From: Lama guanicoe | Lineage: Eukaryota | Reading direction: 5' to 3' | Assembly: GCA_013239625.1 (NCBI GenBank) | Contig: MU053365.1 | Span: forward strand, 310,001 to 374,000 | Length of the DNA stretch: 64,000 nt | Shown here: in pieces, positions 48,441 through 61,730 of the stretch | How positions within the stretch are numbered: position 1 is the first letter of the stretch | Layout: every line of letters begins with the position of its first letter | Translations under genes and position numbers: made by a program | The notes under the pieces: model-generated | The model's database searches: none | Told to the model about the DNA's origin: nothing | What the model saw: only the letters and a program-made list of their open reading frames with translations

Positions 48441-49971
48441 TGCTGCGTGAACGCACATACCCAATACATGCAAATAGCCCCAGGAGTCAGTGAAGTTTAT
48501 AGCTGGGTCAAGGGTTGAAGTCCCAAATTATGGCATATGCATTGATGGCCACAGAATCTTTGAGTTATTTAGATATATCACAATATGAAGTAAGGAAAGA
48601 GAAATAAATATTTGTAGGATTTCAACCTTGCACCTGATATTTTATGCTGGGTGCTTTACACATATTATTTTATTCACTTCATCTCTATCACCCTTCGGGA
48701 CAGTTTCATCATCATCATATTATTTTATCCATCATAGAAATGGAAGCTAGCAGGTAAGTAGCTCAGAGATTTAAGTAACTTGTCTGTGGTCACCCCGCCA
48801 GTGCTGGACAGGATTCTAATTAAATGATTAGGCTTCAAATTCTGCGCCCTTCCTCCTTCCGAGGGACCGTTTCCCCACCCACTCAGTGATGCCGCAGCAG
48901 CGGTGCAGGAAGTCCAGTCCTCATTCCGTGATCAGGCCCTGGAGGCAACCACCCCAGGCACTGGTGCAGCAGCTTTTCAGAGAGGGGAGAAGCAGGCCAG
49001 GCCCTGGGGCCAGAGTGGGAAGGAAAGGAGTGCTCCCTGCGCTGTGAGGACCCTGGGGTTTGGGAGAAGAGCTGGGCCAGGAAGCCCAGGAAGTGCTTTT
49101 TGGTGGAACAAACGGGAACTTCCATCTGCATCACTGTGGACTGCTGTCCCAGCCTGATTCCCAGAAAGCCCGGTCACTGCCTGGGACCCAAGCCCACTCC
49201 ACACAATTCGCACCACATCATGTCCCAGCAGGAGCCACAGGATGATGCATGATGCTAATGCCTGCCTGTTTCCACTAGACGTTTCTACTGCTCTAAACCG
49301 CCGGCCCCTTCTTTGCAGTCTGATTCTGTAAGACCCACATCTGTCCCCACCTTGACTGGAGTGGGTCTGTCGCTGACTGCTGGGCTAGAATCAGCAAAGT
49401 CAGCTGAATGGCGAGGGTAAAAGTATGGTTTATTTGAACTTCCAACCTTCACTGGGATAGTGAGGCTTCTAGGTGACCCTGCGTGACAGTTAGTGTCATA
49501 GATGGCAGCAGAAGTAGCCAAGGACCATCAACTCACTCTCTGGTAAAGCAGGGTCCCCCTTGTATTTGTTCTGTAGCAAATGTCATGTGTTCCCATGAGC
49601 AGGACCCCGATCCTTCATCCCAGGGGCAGTGTGTGAAAAGCCCTGGCTGAGGCTTGGCCCTGGCTTCTGAATGCCTGCCATGGTACCATGCACTCACTGG
49701 TGCTGACGATTATAATGAACGTAGAGGGCCTTCATTCCACCACTTAACTAATTTGCAAATCATTCTTTTTTGGTTTGCTCTGTTTCTCTGTGTTGATCCT
49801 TACCATTGAGTGAAAATCTGAAACAGACATTTATCAACACATCATAGTTCAGATTACTTGAAGCTCAAAAGGAGAACTCCATCCCAGGCCTTTTTCACTC
49901 TCTCAGCAAAAACCGGTCACTGGGTCAGCCCTGAGCTGAGCCCCTCTGCACCGATCTAGCCCTGCAAATCA

Positions 49972-50319
<348 letters not shown>

Positions 50320-52591
50320 CTAGGCCTCCCTCGTCACACCGGGACCTCATGCGGACACGATTTGCCACAGTGAGGTTGAGCACAGTGAATGCACGTGAAG
50401 CCCGAGTGCAGTGGAGCCAGCGTTCGCATCCCTCTGACTCTTCTCAGAGGAACTTCCACAGCTTTTGCCAACACAGTAGCTTTCTCCAGAGGCCCCGGCA
50501 TAGAGAGAGCTTATCATCACCCCATTCCTGCCTCATCAGACCAACCCACACAGGGCTACGGTGCCAGGCTGTGAATGAGCCATCCTTCTCCTTTCCTAAC
50601 TTTAAACACTGAAGTCTGACTGTCTTTGGCAACCACGGATGACTCCATGCATGTTGCTATTTTGTTTTAAAATACCAGAGAGAGCTGGGTGAATCTTCCT
50701 CTGGCATTAATTCTACCCACAAATGTAGCTCTTCCTCTGAATACATATAGCAAGTCTTCTGATGTTGCAGAGGAAGAGTCAGCTCAGAGCTACGATTTCT
50801 CCACCTGCTGCCAGAATGGATATTGGCAGTTAGAAAAGGCTCGATGTGCGCTATCGGTCTATTATCAAAGCGTTTTGTGGAAACCATGATGACACTTTGC
50901 TCCAAATACAGTTGTCACAATAAGCAAAGTGCTATTCTTAAAAGCCCCCCAAGGAGCACTATTAGGGAAGCTGGAAAAAGATTCTGAATATCTCTTTAGG
51001 ATTCTTTAAGACGTGCTACAGAATGGCTCTTAATTGCTGACAGTTCACCTGCACACTGCTTTGTAAAAAGAAGTCTTCGGAGTTCTACTTGGGGCAGTAC
51101 CAATGTCTGGAGGTAGATTTTTGTTTCATTCTTTAAAATCAGCAGGAACTCGCCTGCTGGCTGCACATCGCATAGAGGGCCTGGACTGAGGTCAGGGACA
51201 GTCCCAGAGTCATGGGTGGCTGCCTGTGCCCACGAGCAAGGTCCGTCCACACCCTCGGCCTCCTGTTCTCCTTCAGCCAGGCTTTGAACGATTGCCCAGG
51301 CAGATGCACCACTTTTTTATGATTGAACATTTTGGGGGAGTAAAAGAAATGGGGGAAAGCTATGTCTGGGGCTGAACCTGCGTGCTTCCTCCTCCCTCCT
51401 CCGAACACATCCTGCACATCATCAGGAACCGTCTACCACTCCTCCGACTTGACTGGCTGCCTGTTGGCAACTACGTTTCCAGGGTGGCTGTATTCCTCAA
51501 AGTCAAGCCCTGCCCGTAGGGCAGCCGTGCACCCCGCCAGGCTGCACACACATGGGACTGGTGGGACTGGCGATCACCACGTACCAAAATGCAGAAGGGG
51601 GGCTGACTCGGTCCAGGAGCAAGTCAATTGATACACTCGCCTGAGACTCACACAGGCTGTACTTACAGCCATGGGAGAGCTCTGGTCCATCCTGCAAACA
51701 GAATGTGTCTTCTGGTATGTTCTTCTATACGGGGAAAAGTCTATCCCCACACTTGCTCTGCACTTGTCTGGTGTAAGACAGTGGGGAGATTTTCCTGCAC
51801 TAATGTTAGAGATGTTTTGATAGTTCTTGATGGAAAGATTTATTTTCAAGGTGGGGTGGGGTCAGGGGGATGGCTAAGCTCAGGGATCTGGGCACAGAAG
51901 GGTTAGTTATGACCAGAAAAAAAAGCAGTGAGTGCTGGATTCCTTTGTCATGGCAGGTTGCAAATGCTGTTTTCTAGTCTTTCCCCCCAGTGATGGTCAC
52001 TGACCCTTAAACGTCAGTTTACGGCAAGAAAGGAGCATGTCCTCATTTGTAATCGCTAGAGAAAACTGCAAAGGTGTCAGTGTCACAGACATCGAGAGGG
52101 GCGCTGCGTGGCACTGGGAAAGAAGTTCTGGAATGGCAGGGGCCGGGACTCTGACTCGGCCCTGCCGTCCAGCTGCCGTGCGCTCCCCAGCACACCCTGC
52201 CCCTCGCCGGGCCCGGCCTGGCCTGCAACAAAAGGCTGGATTCGGTGATTTCCAATCATGTCCAGAAGTCACAAGGGGAGCAAGGGCACGGGTCCGCGGG
52301 CAGCCGTGACCGCCCTCCCGGCAGGCTCTGCGAGCTGCCTTTTCTTGGAGCACATCTGCACACCGCATCGCACCGATGAAGTAAACAAATCGTTAAATAA
52401 ACAGATCAAAAGCTGCCGACGACGCTGGGCCCCTGGCTAACAGAGGGCTGCTGCGGCGCCCATCCCGGTGTGCCTCCAGCCCCGCGCGGCTCTCGGCGCG
52501 GCTTGGGCCTCACCGTTCTTCTCTTCTGTGGGCCTGCTTGTAGATCGCGTCCTTTTCTTAGCACGTCCGTGGCATGTGGCCACGAGTGCGC

Positions 52592-53247
52592 ACACACCAG
52601 CGAGCGCCTCACACCGCTTCCCGCACGCGCACCCTCGGCCCCCACCAGCCTCCCTCGCCTCCTGGCCGCACTCGCCCCTGCTGTTCCTGGGACCAGCTAG
52701 GCGTGCCCCCGTTCGGAGGTGGTCGCTGTCCCTGTGCTTGGAATGAACTTCCCCCAAGTATCTGCATGGCTTGCTCCCCCATGTCCTTCCCTAGTGTCCC
52801 CGTTCAAGACCTCCCTCCCCCGTGCCCACCAGCCCTTTCTATGTCCTTTCCTTGCTGATTTCTGCTGTGACATTTGTCTTTTAGAATATGCACTTTTTTT
52901 TTTTTTTTATTTTCTCTTTACACACCAGCGAGCGCCTCACACCGCTTCCCGCACGCGCACCCTCGGCCCCCACCAGCCTCCCTCGCCTCCTGGCCGCACT
53001 CGCCCCTGCTGTTCCTGGGACCAGCTAGGCGTGCCCCCGTTCGGAGGTGGTCGCTGTCCCTGTGCTTGGAATGAACTTCCCCCAAGTATCTGCATGGCTT
53101 GCTCCCCCATGTCCTTCCCTAGTGTCCCCGTTCAAGACCTCCCTCCCCCGTGCCCACCAGCCCTTTCTATGTCCTTTCCTTGCTGATTTCTGCTGTGACA
53201 TTTGTCTTCTAGCATATGCACTTTTTTTTTTTTTTTACTTTCTCCTT
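52592..53247. repeat. 328-bp head-to-tail tandem duplication (52592-52919 and 52920-53247)
   Basis: Identical text acacaccagcgagcgcctcacacc... at 52592 and 52920; the ORF track shows the same peptide starting at 52719 and 53047. Confidence 0.97.
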
Positions 53248-53548
53248 CAACAAGAACGTGTCACTGAGGAGGGCAGGGGTCCTTGTCTACTTCATCCGGT
53301 GCCATTCCCAGCACCGAGAACAGTGCCTGGTGCACATGCTACATACTGAATGCCAGTTACATACACGAATAGCCTGCCCTCCAGCTGCTCTTCTGTTATT
53401 ACCCGGTATCCATTACTCATGCGGTGCTCGGGAGAGGGAAGACGAACAACGCAGAGCACAGGATAGGGAACACGTTTATAAGCTGCCTGGCAGAGTGCCT
53501 CATACACAGCAGGAGCACGATAAATGTTTCGTAAATAAAAGAATGAAC

Positions 53549-53652
53549 CAGGTTGGGAGGGGGGTAGAAATAGCTCAGTGGTGGAGCACATGCTTAGCAT
53601 GTACAAGGTACTGGGTTCAATCCCCAACACCTCCATTAAAAAATTAACAAAC
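53549..53652 (+). mobile_element. Camelid tRNA-derived SINE (Vic-type)
   Basis: tagctcagtggtggagcacatgcttagcatgtacaaggtactgggttcaatcccc (A and B boxes); TSD aaaagaatgaac 53537-53548 and 53653-53664. Confidence 0.88.
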
Positions 53653-53839
53653 AAAAGAATGAACAGCCCCTATTGAAAAGAGCAAATAGTCTAACAGGGG
53701 AGCAGAATCCATTAATTTTTGGGATTCTACGTTAAGTGCCAAAAGTGAAGTATAGACCAAGAGCTCTGGGAGTCCTAGGGGCAAGATCGCCTATGTTTTC
53801 TAACTCAAAGAGGGAGCAATGACAACAAAACATGACAGT

Positions 53840-54065
53840 GGCAGCAGCCACTATTTGTTAAAATCACTGTGCACCAAACACAGTGCTCTGGGCTCCACTG
53901 ATATTATCTGTAAGCCTCGGGACAACTCTGTGGGGGAGTTTCTGCCACCACTGTTTCACAGATGGCAAAACAGCTCAGAGAAGTTCAGCTCCCTTTTGAG
54001 GGCCACACAGCAAATTGGTCAAAGAGCCAGGATTTGAAAGCAGGTCTGTTTTCCTCCAAAGTCTA
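53840..54065 (-). mobile_element. MIR fragment
   Basis: ccactgtttcacagatggcaaaacagctcagagaagttcag..agagccaggatttgaaagcaggtctg. Confidence 0.6.
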
Positions 54066-54527
54066 TTTTCCTTCTGTTCCACCAAGTTACCTCAAAGTCC
54101 TACCCTCGTTCCACTAAAGGTTTCACTTGACATGGATGCCCACCCCGACCCAGCCTTGAGTCCACATTGGCCTGTTTCCACTGCTCTCCCCAGGCACATC
54201 CCACATTCACCCCGGCACAGCCGTTCCTAAGCTTGGGAAGAACTTTTGCCTGATGGGGATGTTCCCTCCAGTGACCACCGCTCTCCTCACGATCCTTTTA
54301 CTGGCCAGTGTCCCAAACAAGCAGTTAGCCCTTCCCTTCCAGCCCTTTCAATATGGCGTCCGCAGCCACCTGTCCACTGAAACAGCTCTTCTAAAGGCTT
54401 CAAATGGCCTTCTTTCCTCCTTCCACAGCCTTCCTGGCCGTCTTTCTTTTTATTCTCTCTGGCTGACATCTGAGATTGCTGCCCAGCCGTTTTAAATGCT
54501 CTGCCACATGGTTTCCATGACACTCTA

Positions 54528-54840
54528 CAGGGGCCTGTGAGCTACAAACGGTCGGAAACGACGAACATTTGCAATCACTTGGATGAGAGCGAACACTAAC
54601 TTTGAATCCCAATTAAGAAAAATGGTCTTTTTTCAAATTTCCATTCTTCTCCTTAGTAGACTTGTATTATAAAACTTGTACTTAACTGTTATCATATTCT
54701 GAATTTCATCAGTAAGATTTTCATGGAAACTTGTTTCCTCCTTTATTCTTTTTACATAATAACCTCGGTTTTGTCTCTTGACTGGCAAAACCCCAAAATG
54801 GACTATCTGGTCCTTAACAGAAAAGGTTTGCCAACCCCTG
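54528..54840 (-). mobile_element. MER58-like hAT non-autonomous element
   Basis: Reverse terminus caggggttggcaaaccttttctgttaaggaccagatagt; opposite end cagggg at 54528. Confidence 0.65.
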
Positions 54841-56213
54841 CTCTTTGCCAAGCAGCTCTCATGATCAGGGTCAGGGGACGCTGCTTCTGGATGGCATCGT
54901 GGATGAGATGACATCCCTGTGTGGGCTCGGCTGCCCTCGCTCCCTGGGAGAAGCGGACTCTAGTCTTCCTGGCAGAGAACCGCCCCCCCAACCCCGGCCA
55001 CCCAGGGAGGCCTGGGCTCTCATTCCCTTGGGCTTCCACAGAACCTTGTCCGTACGTGTCACCTCCCTCCGCCGGACGGCACGCTTCTGGAGCGCAGGGA
55101 TCGCATGAAATTCAGCTGGGTCCCTGGCCTCTCGTGTGGAAATACACCCGAAGTGTTTGCTGAATGAACAGGATGTAACCCCTGGGTGACCGTTTTGAGT
55201 TGTCTCATTCAAAAGCTCCCTGGCTTACCAAAGAGAGCGTGCTTTCTTCAGACAGAAGCTGCTTTAAAAATCATTTTTCAGGAGGCTTTTCATGTGGCTT
55301 CACAAGCTTAGACTGTGTTTGAGTTCTGTCGTTTTGGAATTTAAAAAAAATTTTTTTGCCCAATGATCCTTTAATGGCTGCTTACCTGAACTTGCCCTTG
55401 CTTTGCCTTGTGCTCAGAGAAAATAGCTTTCTCTGGGCCTTTCAGTAGTTATTTTTATTTTCAGAACTTCCAGAGAGAAGCGTTCTTTTGCTTTTGTTCA
55501 TCAATATAAGAGTAAGACCTAATTCAATCATTTCAACAGTACGGTACTTTACCTTTCAATAAGGTAATTGAGTTAATGTATAGTTTTTAATGGATCTGTT
55601 CCCTCACTCTGAATGTTTTAATGATCTTCAAGTAGAGTTCACAGTCCCACTGCTTTGGAGGTATTTATAAAGCAGCAAAGGAGATTATGTCACTGTTGAA
55701 GAAAGTGTTTTGGTCGGAGACAGAAGAATTTTGAAACGATGAAAAATGGGGAAAGCAGCTCTTTGCAAAAGGCTGTGTTCACGGTCATCTCATTTCCCTT
55801 CCCACTACCGGTGGCAAGGGGCGGTGAGGGAGTTACTGGAATCAGAGGAGACACGGATGCCCCAGCACAGACGCGCAGCACACAGCCGGTCCAGGGCTGA
55901 GACGGGACTGGGACTCAAAACCACCCTCTTAAAAGGAACATCTCCTCAGATGAGCCTCAAATGTCATCGGGCCCGGCCCTTTCGTTGTAGAGACAGGAAC
56001 AAACCCAGAGAGAAGAAGGTGCTCTTAGCTTTCTTGGGGAGCTAAGGGCAGCCTCGGGACCAGGTCAGTGGTTTCCCGGCTCCCATCCAACTGCTGGAGG
56101 GCAGAGCTGCCCCGAGCAGATACAGCTCTAAGGACAGCCGCAGGGTGGGTGAGTTCACAGAGCCTCACGTCAGCATTATGCTGGATGCTTTTATATTTTA
56201 GGCCAGGGTATTT

Positions 56214-56684
56214 TATTTACTCATTTATTCATTTATTTTTCGTTGAAGTATAGTTGATTTACAATGTTTCATGTATATAGCAAAGTGATTCAATAATATA
56301 TATATTGAATATATTATTCACATATATATATATCATTTTTCAGATTCTTTTCCATTATAGGTTATTACAAGATATTGAATATAGTTCCCTGTGCTGTATG
56401 TAAGTCCTTGTTGTTTATCTCTTATCTCTTGTTGAGCTTGAACTCCTAATTTATCCCTCCCTCTGCCCTTCCCCCTTTGGTAACCATAGTTTGTTTTCTA
56501 TGTCTGTGAGTCTATTTCTGCCTTGTAAATAAGTTCATTTGTGTCATTGTTTTAGATTCCACATATAAGTGATATCATATGGTATTTGTCTTTCTCTGTC
56601 TGACTTACTTCACTTAGTATGATCATCGCTAGGTCCATACATGTTGCTGCAAATGGCATTATTTCATTCGTTTTGATGGCTGAG
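56214..56684 (-). mobile_element. L1 3' end in an AFF2 intron
   Basis: Artiodactyl L1 3' UTR; TSD ttagg(c/t)cagggtattt 56198-56213 and 56685-56700. Confidence 0.88.
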
Positions 56685-57162
56685 TTAGGTCAGGGTATTT
56701 CAGCATTAATATAAAAATCATCATGAAGGCTGAGATAATTGGCTGACTAAGTGCCTTCACATTTTCAGCACTATTATGCCTTTGGTTTTATTAAACAGCA
56801 CTTACCACATATCAATGAATATTTCATGGGTCTTTCATTACTGAGTGAATCATGGAAAAATCACTGCAGTGGAGGTAACTTTACCCCGCCTCCCTGAAAT
56901 GGCATGGTGCTTGCCACCTCATTAACAGATATTTTTATGGCCATCATTTGACTTAAAGATCAGATAACTAAAGAAATTTGGAATTGCATCATGTTAAACT
57001 TTTCTGTCTTGCCATTAGCTGACACCTGACTAGACTTTTGTGTGCTCCCAAATTACTATAGTCTCAGAATTGACCTTTGCTCCCAAGTTGTCAATACAAA
57101 ATATTTGGGGGTCTATTCAATCACTGATTTTCATGAGAAAGCAATTTTCATAAGATACTTAC

Positions 57163-57215
57163 TTTCCATTGCCTACCCATGGAGATGGTATCTGAGTGAC
57201 TTTTGAAGCATTTTG
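57163..57215 (-). CDS. AFF2: AFF2 coding exon, 53 bp, QNASKVTQIPSPWVGNG(K)
   Basis: ctctttttag|CAAAAT...GGAAA|gtaagt; phase 0 in, phase 2 out; not visible in the ORF track but bridges the flanking exons in frame. Confidence 0.94.
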
Positions 57216-57845
57216 CTAAAAAAGAGAAAGAGAGAGGGAAATGAGGACATCTATTTTGTGTTTTATTAATTCAGAAACAGATGGAAGTGTGATTCCGAGT
57301 GCATTAATATTGATTGCAGCATTTCGGGATGCCTCCTGTTTCGTTAGCAGAGCTGGGATGTATGTGCACGTCAGCACACCACGACGCACACTCGATGAAA
57401 ATAGCTGGTTAGGATAATTAGTGGGCTCCAATCAGGACCATGAAAGTCACTTGATGAAAGATCTTATATACTAAAAGGCCCAGTGAAATCAGACTCAGTT
57501 CTCCAAGAAGTGGTTTAATTATCCTCATCTGAAATTTATTCTGCAAAACAAGCTCTTCAGAGTACAGACAAGCTTTTCACCTTTAGTTCCAGTTGCAAAC
57601 TTTTTCCCTGGGATGCAAGGTGAAATTCCAAGAACTTGCCAGGACCAAGCAGCACTTGTGCGCGTGTGTGTGAATCACCTTGATTTGCTATTTTTACATG
57701 CAAATCCTCGTGGCTGACAGCTTTCTCTGTTTAGCAGTGCAGCTGGCCCAGGGCTGCATTCTTTGCCCTCTGAAGGGCTGGTTTAAAGAATGGGCCTCCT
57801 CTGTTTTCGTGGCCATACACTTGTGGAGCACAGGAAAACCTAACA

Positions 57846-57871
57846 TTCAGCACCGCCGCAGGAGGACAGCG
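57846..57871 (+). promoter_or_regulatory. Candidate non-canonical (spaced) REST/RE1 site
   Basis: TTCAGCACC-gccgcagga-GGACAGCG; both half-sites intact, 9-nt spacer instead of 2. Confidence 0.5.
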
Positions 57872-58025
57872 ATCGGCTCATTGTAACAGCCTCACCAAGG
57901 TGGAGCCTCCAGTTTTGAAGCTCAAAGCCCAACACACTGCCAGAGGAGTGAGCTACTTAACATCTGCTCGGTATTTTGTGGTGTCCCGAAAACTACACAG
58001 GGCAGGCTGCAGGGGACTGATACTA

Positions 58026-58150
58026 GGGCTGTGGTCCTCAAAGTGAGACCACAAGACCAGCAGCATCCAGCAGCGTCTGGGAGCTTGTTAGAAATCCCTA
58101 TTCTTAGGACCTGCCCTGGACTGGCAGAATCCAGACACCTTTCCAGAGCA
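58026..58150 (+). mobile_element. MER5A-like hAT element
   Basis: gtggtcctcaaagtg..gaccagcagcatccagcagcgtctgggagcttgttagaaat. Confidence 0.75.
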
Positions 58151-59167
58151 CAGGTTGACCACAGGCACCCAGTCACAGGCAGCTTTGCATTTGACCCTAT
58201 TCACCTCCACCAGCACTGGTTTTATTCTGGACACCACATAATAGCAGAGCAGGGGAACTTGCTCTTTTCCCCAACCGAGTCAGTGTCCTCACACAGCTGA
58301 GCCCCATCCCTCCCTGGGTTCAGATGTTTGATGTAAGGTCAGGATTGGATTCATTTCAAACAACTGCTTTGGTTCAGTGCGGTCATGTGGTCTCATGCAC
58401 TTAGCAAAATAATAATAGTAATAATAATAAGATTGTCCTTTTCTTTCAAGACCTGCCCAGCAGGAGCCTTGGGCATCCTCCATTCTAAATCATGCCCAGC
58501 ATAGGGGGGCAGAAGCAGCAGAAGCCCCACAGACCCTCAAGCCAGTGACACCTGGTACAGTGGCCAGGCCTAGTGCCAGACTGTGGCTTGTGGTGTTCAT
58601 CCAGCTCGTTCCTGCATTTTGGTATTGCATTGGTGGTTGAAATATCTTTTTGTGCTTGCAGATTCAAAACTTCAGCCCCTTAGATAATGGACTGGTTTAT
58701 TTATTGTTTGTTTCTTTTGGTAGCCAAAGCACTCAGTTGTCTTAAAGTGCAACCACTGTACTCCAAGACTCTCCACGGCCAAAGGGCTCCCAAGGGTATG
58801 GATGTCCCCTCAGAGCCCAGGGTGGTAACAGTGACTTCGCTCCTGGCTGAGAAGTTTCTGGGCTGGCATCTCATTAAACAAGAGACTGACCACAGCCACA
58901 GCTGTGCATGATGGGGCAGAAGGCATCAGGTCCCTGACTGCCGCCAGGAGGCTGCCCAGGGCCGTCTGTTCAGTCCAGAAAATCACCAGGGGACTGCACT
59001 ATTATACCTTCTCTCCCTGGAATCAAATCAAACCTGAGCCCCAGGGGAGGCGGGGAGGGCCACGGCCGGCCAGGACGAGGGAGGTTAATTAAGCCTTGGG
59101 CAGCAAGAACCTTGACATTTAATAACACGCCCGCCGTGTCTCCTTGTGATTTAATCACTGGGGTCTA

Positions 59168-59323
<156 letters not shown>

Positions 59324-59624
59324 TTAACGAAACCTACAGACTAAAAAGTGCTGATTCATGTTTGGCAGTCACTCTCATGGTTATTGAGGAACGTAAGTGA
59401 AAAAAGAAAAAAATTAAAAAGAAGGAGTAAGCATTAAAATTCCATCTTGATAAGTGTATAAATGAGGAGAGTAAATGTTTAGTCAGTGGCTGAAGAAATC
59501 CATTAGTTAACCTTTAATAGGTTAATGGAAAACAAGAATATCAATCTGGGGTAAGCAGCCTAAGTTGAGTTTTCAAATCCTTCCACGACCTCTCAGCTGC
59601 TTCCTGGTGGTCCATGACACTTAC

Positions 59625-59696
59625 CAGAGGACTGCCAGCTTTTTGTCCCCATCCGAAGCCAGGGGGCTTGCAAAGTTCTTCAGCCTCATCGCATAC
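59625..59696 (-). CDS. AFF2: AFF2 coding exon, 72 bp, (R)[23 protein letters not shown](C)
   Basis: ctttctcttcaaag|GTATGCG...GTCCTCTG|gtaagt; phase 2 in and out; continues the AFF2 peptide. Confidence 0.96.
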
Positions 59697-61099
59697 CTTT
59701 GAAGAGAAAGGACAAGGTCTAGTGGCATCTGTTGGACCCTTCAGGAAGTCCCAAAGGCACTGGCATGCTCATCACCGGGATGCGCTCGCCCCACATTTGC
59801 TCTGGGCCAAAGGACTGAGAAGGGTATGTGGGCAAAAGCATGCTCTCCCAAAAACATGTACAAAATGATGACCATAAGAGTTCCACAACGGAAGCTAGCT
59901 CTGGGCAACTGAGCGGAATCTGGAGCCCACGTCTGAGGGCAGGGCTGTGGAGTTGCTGTGGGTTTGGCACGCGCAGAAATGCAGGAAAAGTACTGCTTCT
60001 AAGAACACTCTAGCTAAACAACATTATCGGCTTCCAATGAGGTGGACACAAATGTCAGTCTCAGTTGAGTTTTTGACAGATGAGGTAAATAACACAGCCG
60101 TGTCTGACGCGCGTGTGGGGAGACGACTCAGGCACACCGTCGCAAGGGGCTTTTCTAATGTTTCAGGTGGGGAATGTTCCTCCAGGAAGTGGCTTTGTTT
60201 TTTTAAAAGGAAGGTCACTTTTACAGCATGTGAAGGTCTGAGTGCCCCTAATTTATGGTGCTTGTATATTATGTCTTTCCATTCTGTTTAATTGTTACTG
60301 TTCCACACTGGGGTGATCATAGGTTGAGTAGTTCCCATTTTTTTTTTCTTCGAGCTGAGCATATTCCATTCTGGGCATTTAGACTCTTGAAAATCAATTC
60401 ATTGCATAAAATCAGGGTCTGAGCTTTAATGCAATTTCACAGGTCCTTGTGGTGGGATAAGTAACGGAGTTCAGTGTTGCAGAAGGAAGTTGAAGATGTG
60501 CAGGCAGCCTTAGACGAGTTCTGCTTTCTGAGAAGGCGGTGGAGAGTCCGCAGCCTCCCCAGAGCGCCAGCGCCCCCTGTCGCCCCGCGCTCCCTCTTAC
60601 TGTGCCAGTTCCTTCCAGCGAACATTTTGCAACAAAAGAGCCTGGGCACTGGGTAGGGGTGTGTCCTGCTGCTGCCGTAGTAGTAAGCAGGAGGATTTGT
60701 ATTACGTCACAAACCTGTCTGCGGCGGTTAGGTCGCTGAAATGTCAAATCATGGGGATGCCTCGCTTGCTTTCACAAATACATGTCTACCGCAGAGGCCC
60801 AAGGCTCAGAGCACCGATAATTACTTGGATGGAAAAGAATGGGGTGCTCTCTCTGTAGCCAGCATACCGTCAGAGAGAGAGTAATAAAAATCTCTTCTAC
60901 ATAAAATTATGCTACTAAGAACTAGGCTCCTTTTACAGTCACCCTCTAATTGCAATCACTGTTGCTCCAGTGCTTTCAACGGACCAGAAGACTTAGATGC
61001 TTTAGCCCATTTTATTCCCAAATGAAATTTCTCTCTCCCCTAAAACCATACACACATAGAGAAAATGTAAAAAATATACATATGTAGAGAGAGGACACA

Positions 61100-61328
61100 C
61101 ACAAGAGTGCACATAGCACTGGTGCAATCTGGGAGAAAAACCTGATGAAATTTGAGTAAGGTGGACAGACTGTGACAAGCAGTGTCTGTGTCCTGGCTGT
61201 GGCCCTGGACCACAGCTTCGCTAGACGGTACATGGGGGGAAATGGAAGGAAAGGTACACAGGGACTTTCTGTATCGTTTCTTACAGCTGCAAGTGAATCT
61301 ACAATTATCTCAAAATAAAGTTTAAAAA
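61100..61328 (+). mobile_element. Old L1MD/MC-like 3' end
   Basis: ggtacacagggactttctgtatcgtttcttacagctgcaagtgaatctacaattatctcaaaataaagttt. Confidence 0.7.
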
Positions 61329-61589
61329 TACTGACTTTAAAGTGAATGCCTGTAAATTCTCCATTGATTTTCACCAGGTTCCACTGAAACATACTCCTAT
61401 GGGGAGTAAACAAACTATCACGTCATGGGAAAAAAAAAAACTGTGCTTAGAGAAAAAGAAAAAAAATGTAAATAATTAATGGAAAAGAAGTGTTTTCCAA
61501 TGGAAATAAATATTACTCAATGATTCACACTGTTACCAAAAATGAAATTGATTTTTTAAAAAAATTTGAGCTGTCATTGATTTTGCACA

Positions 61590-61730
61590 TTTTTATTTAA
61601 TTTTTTTTGGGGGGGGAAGGAGTGGGTAATTAGGCTTAATTATTTATTTTTAATGGAGGCACTGGGGATTGAACCCAGGACCTCATACATGCTAAGCATG
61701 CGCTCTACCACTGAGCTACACCCTCCCTGC
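61590..61730 (-). mobile_element. Camelid tRNA-derived SINE (Vic-type)
   Basis: aatggaggcactggggattgaacccaggacctcatacatgctaagcatgcgctctaccactgagctaca. Confidence 0.88.
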
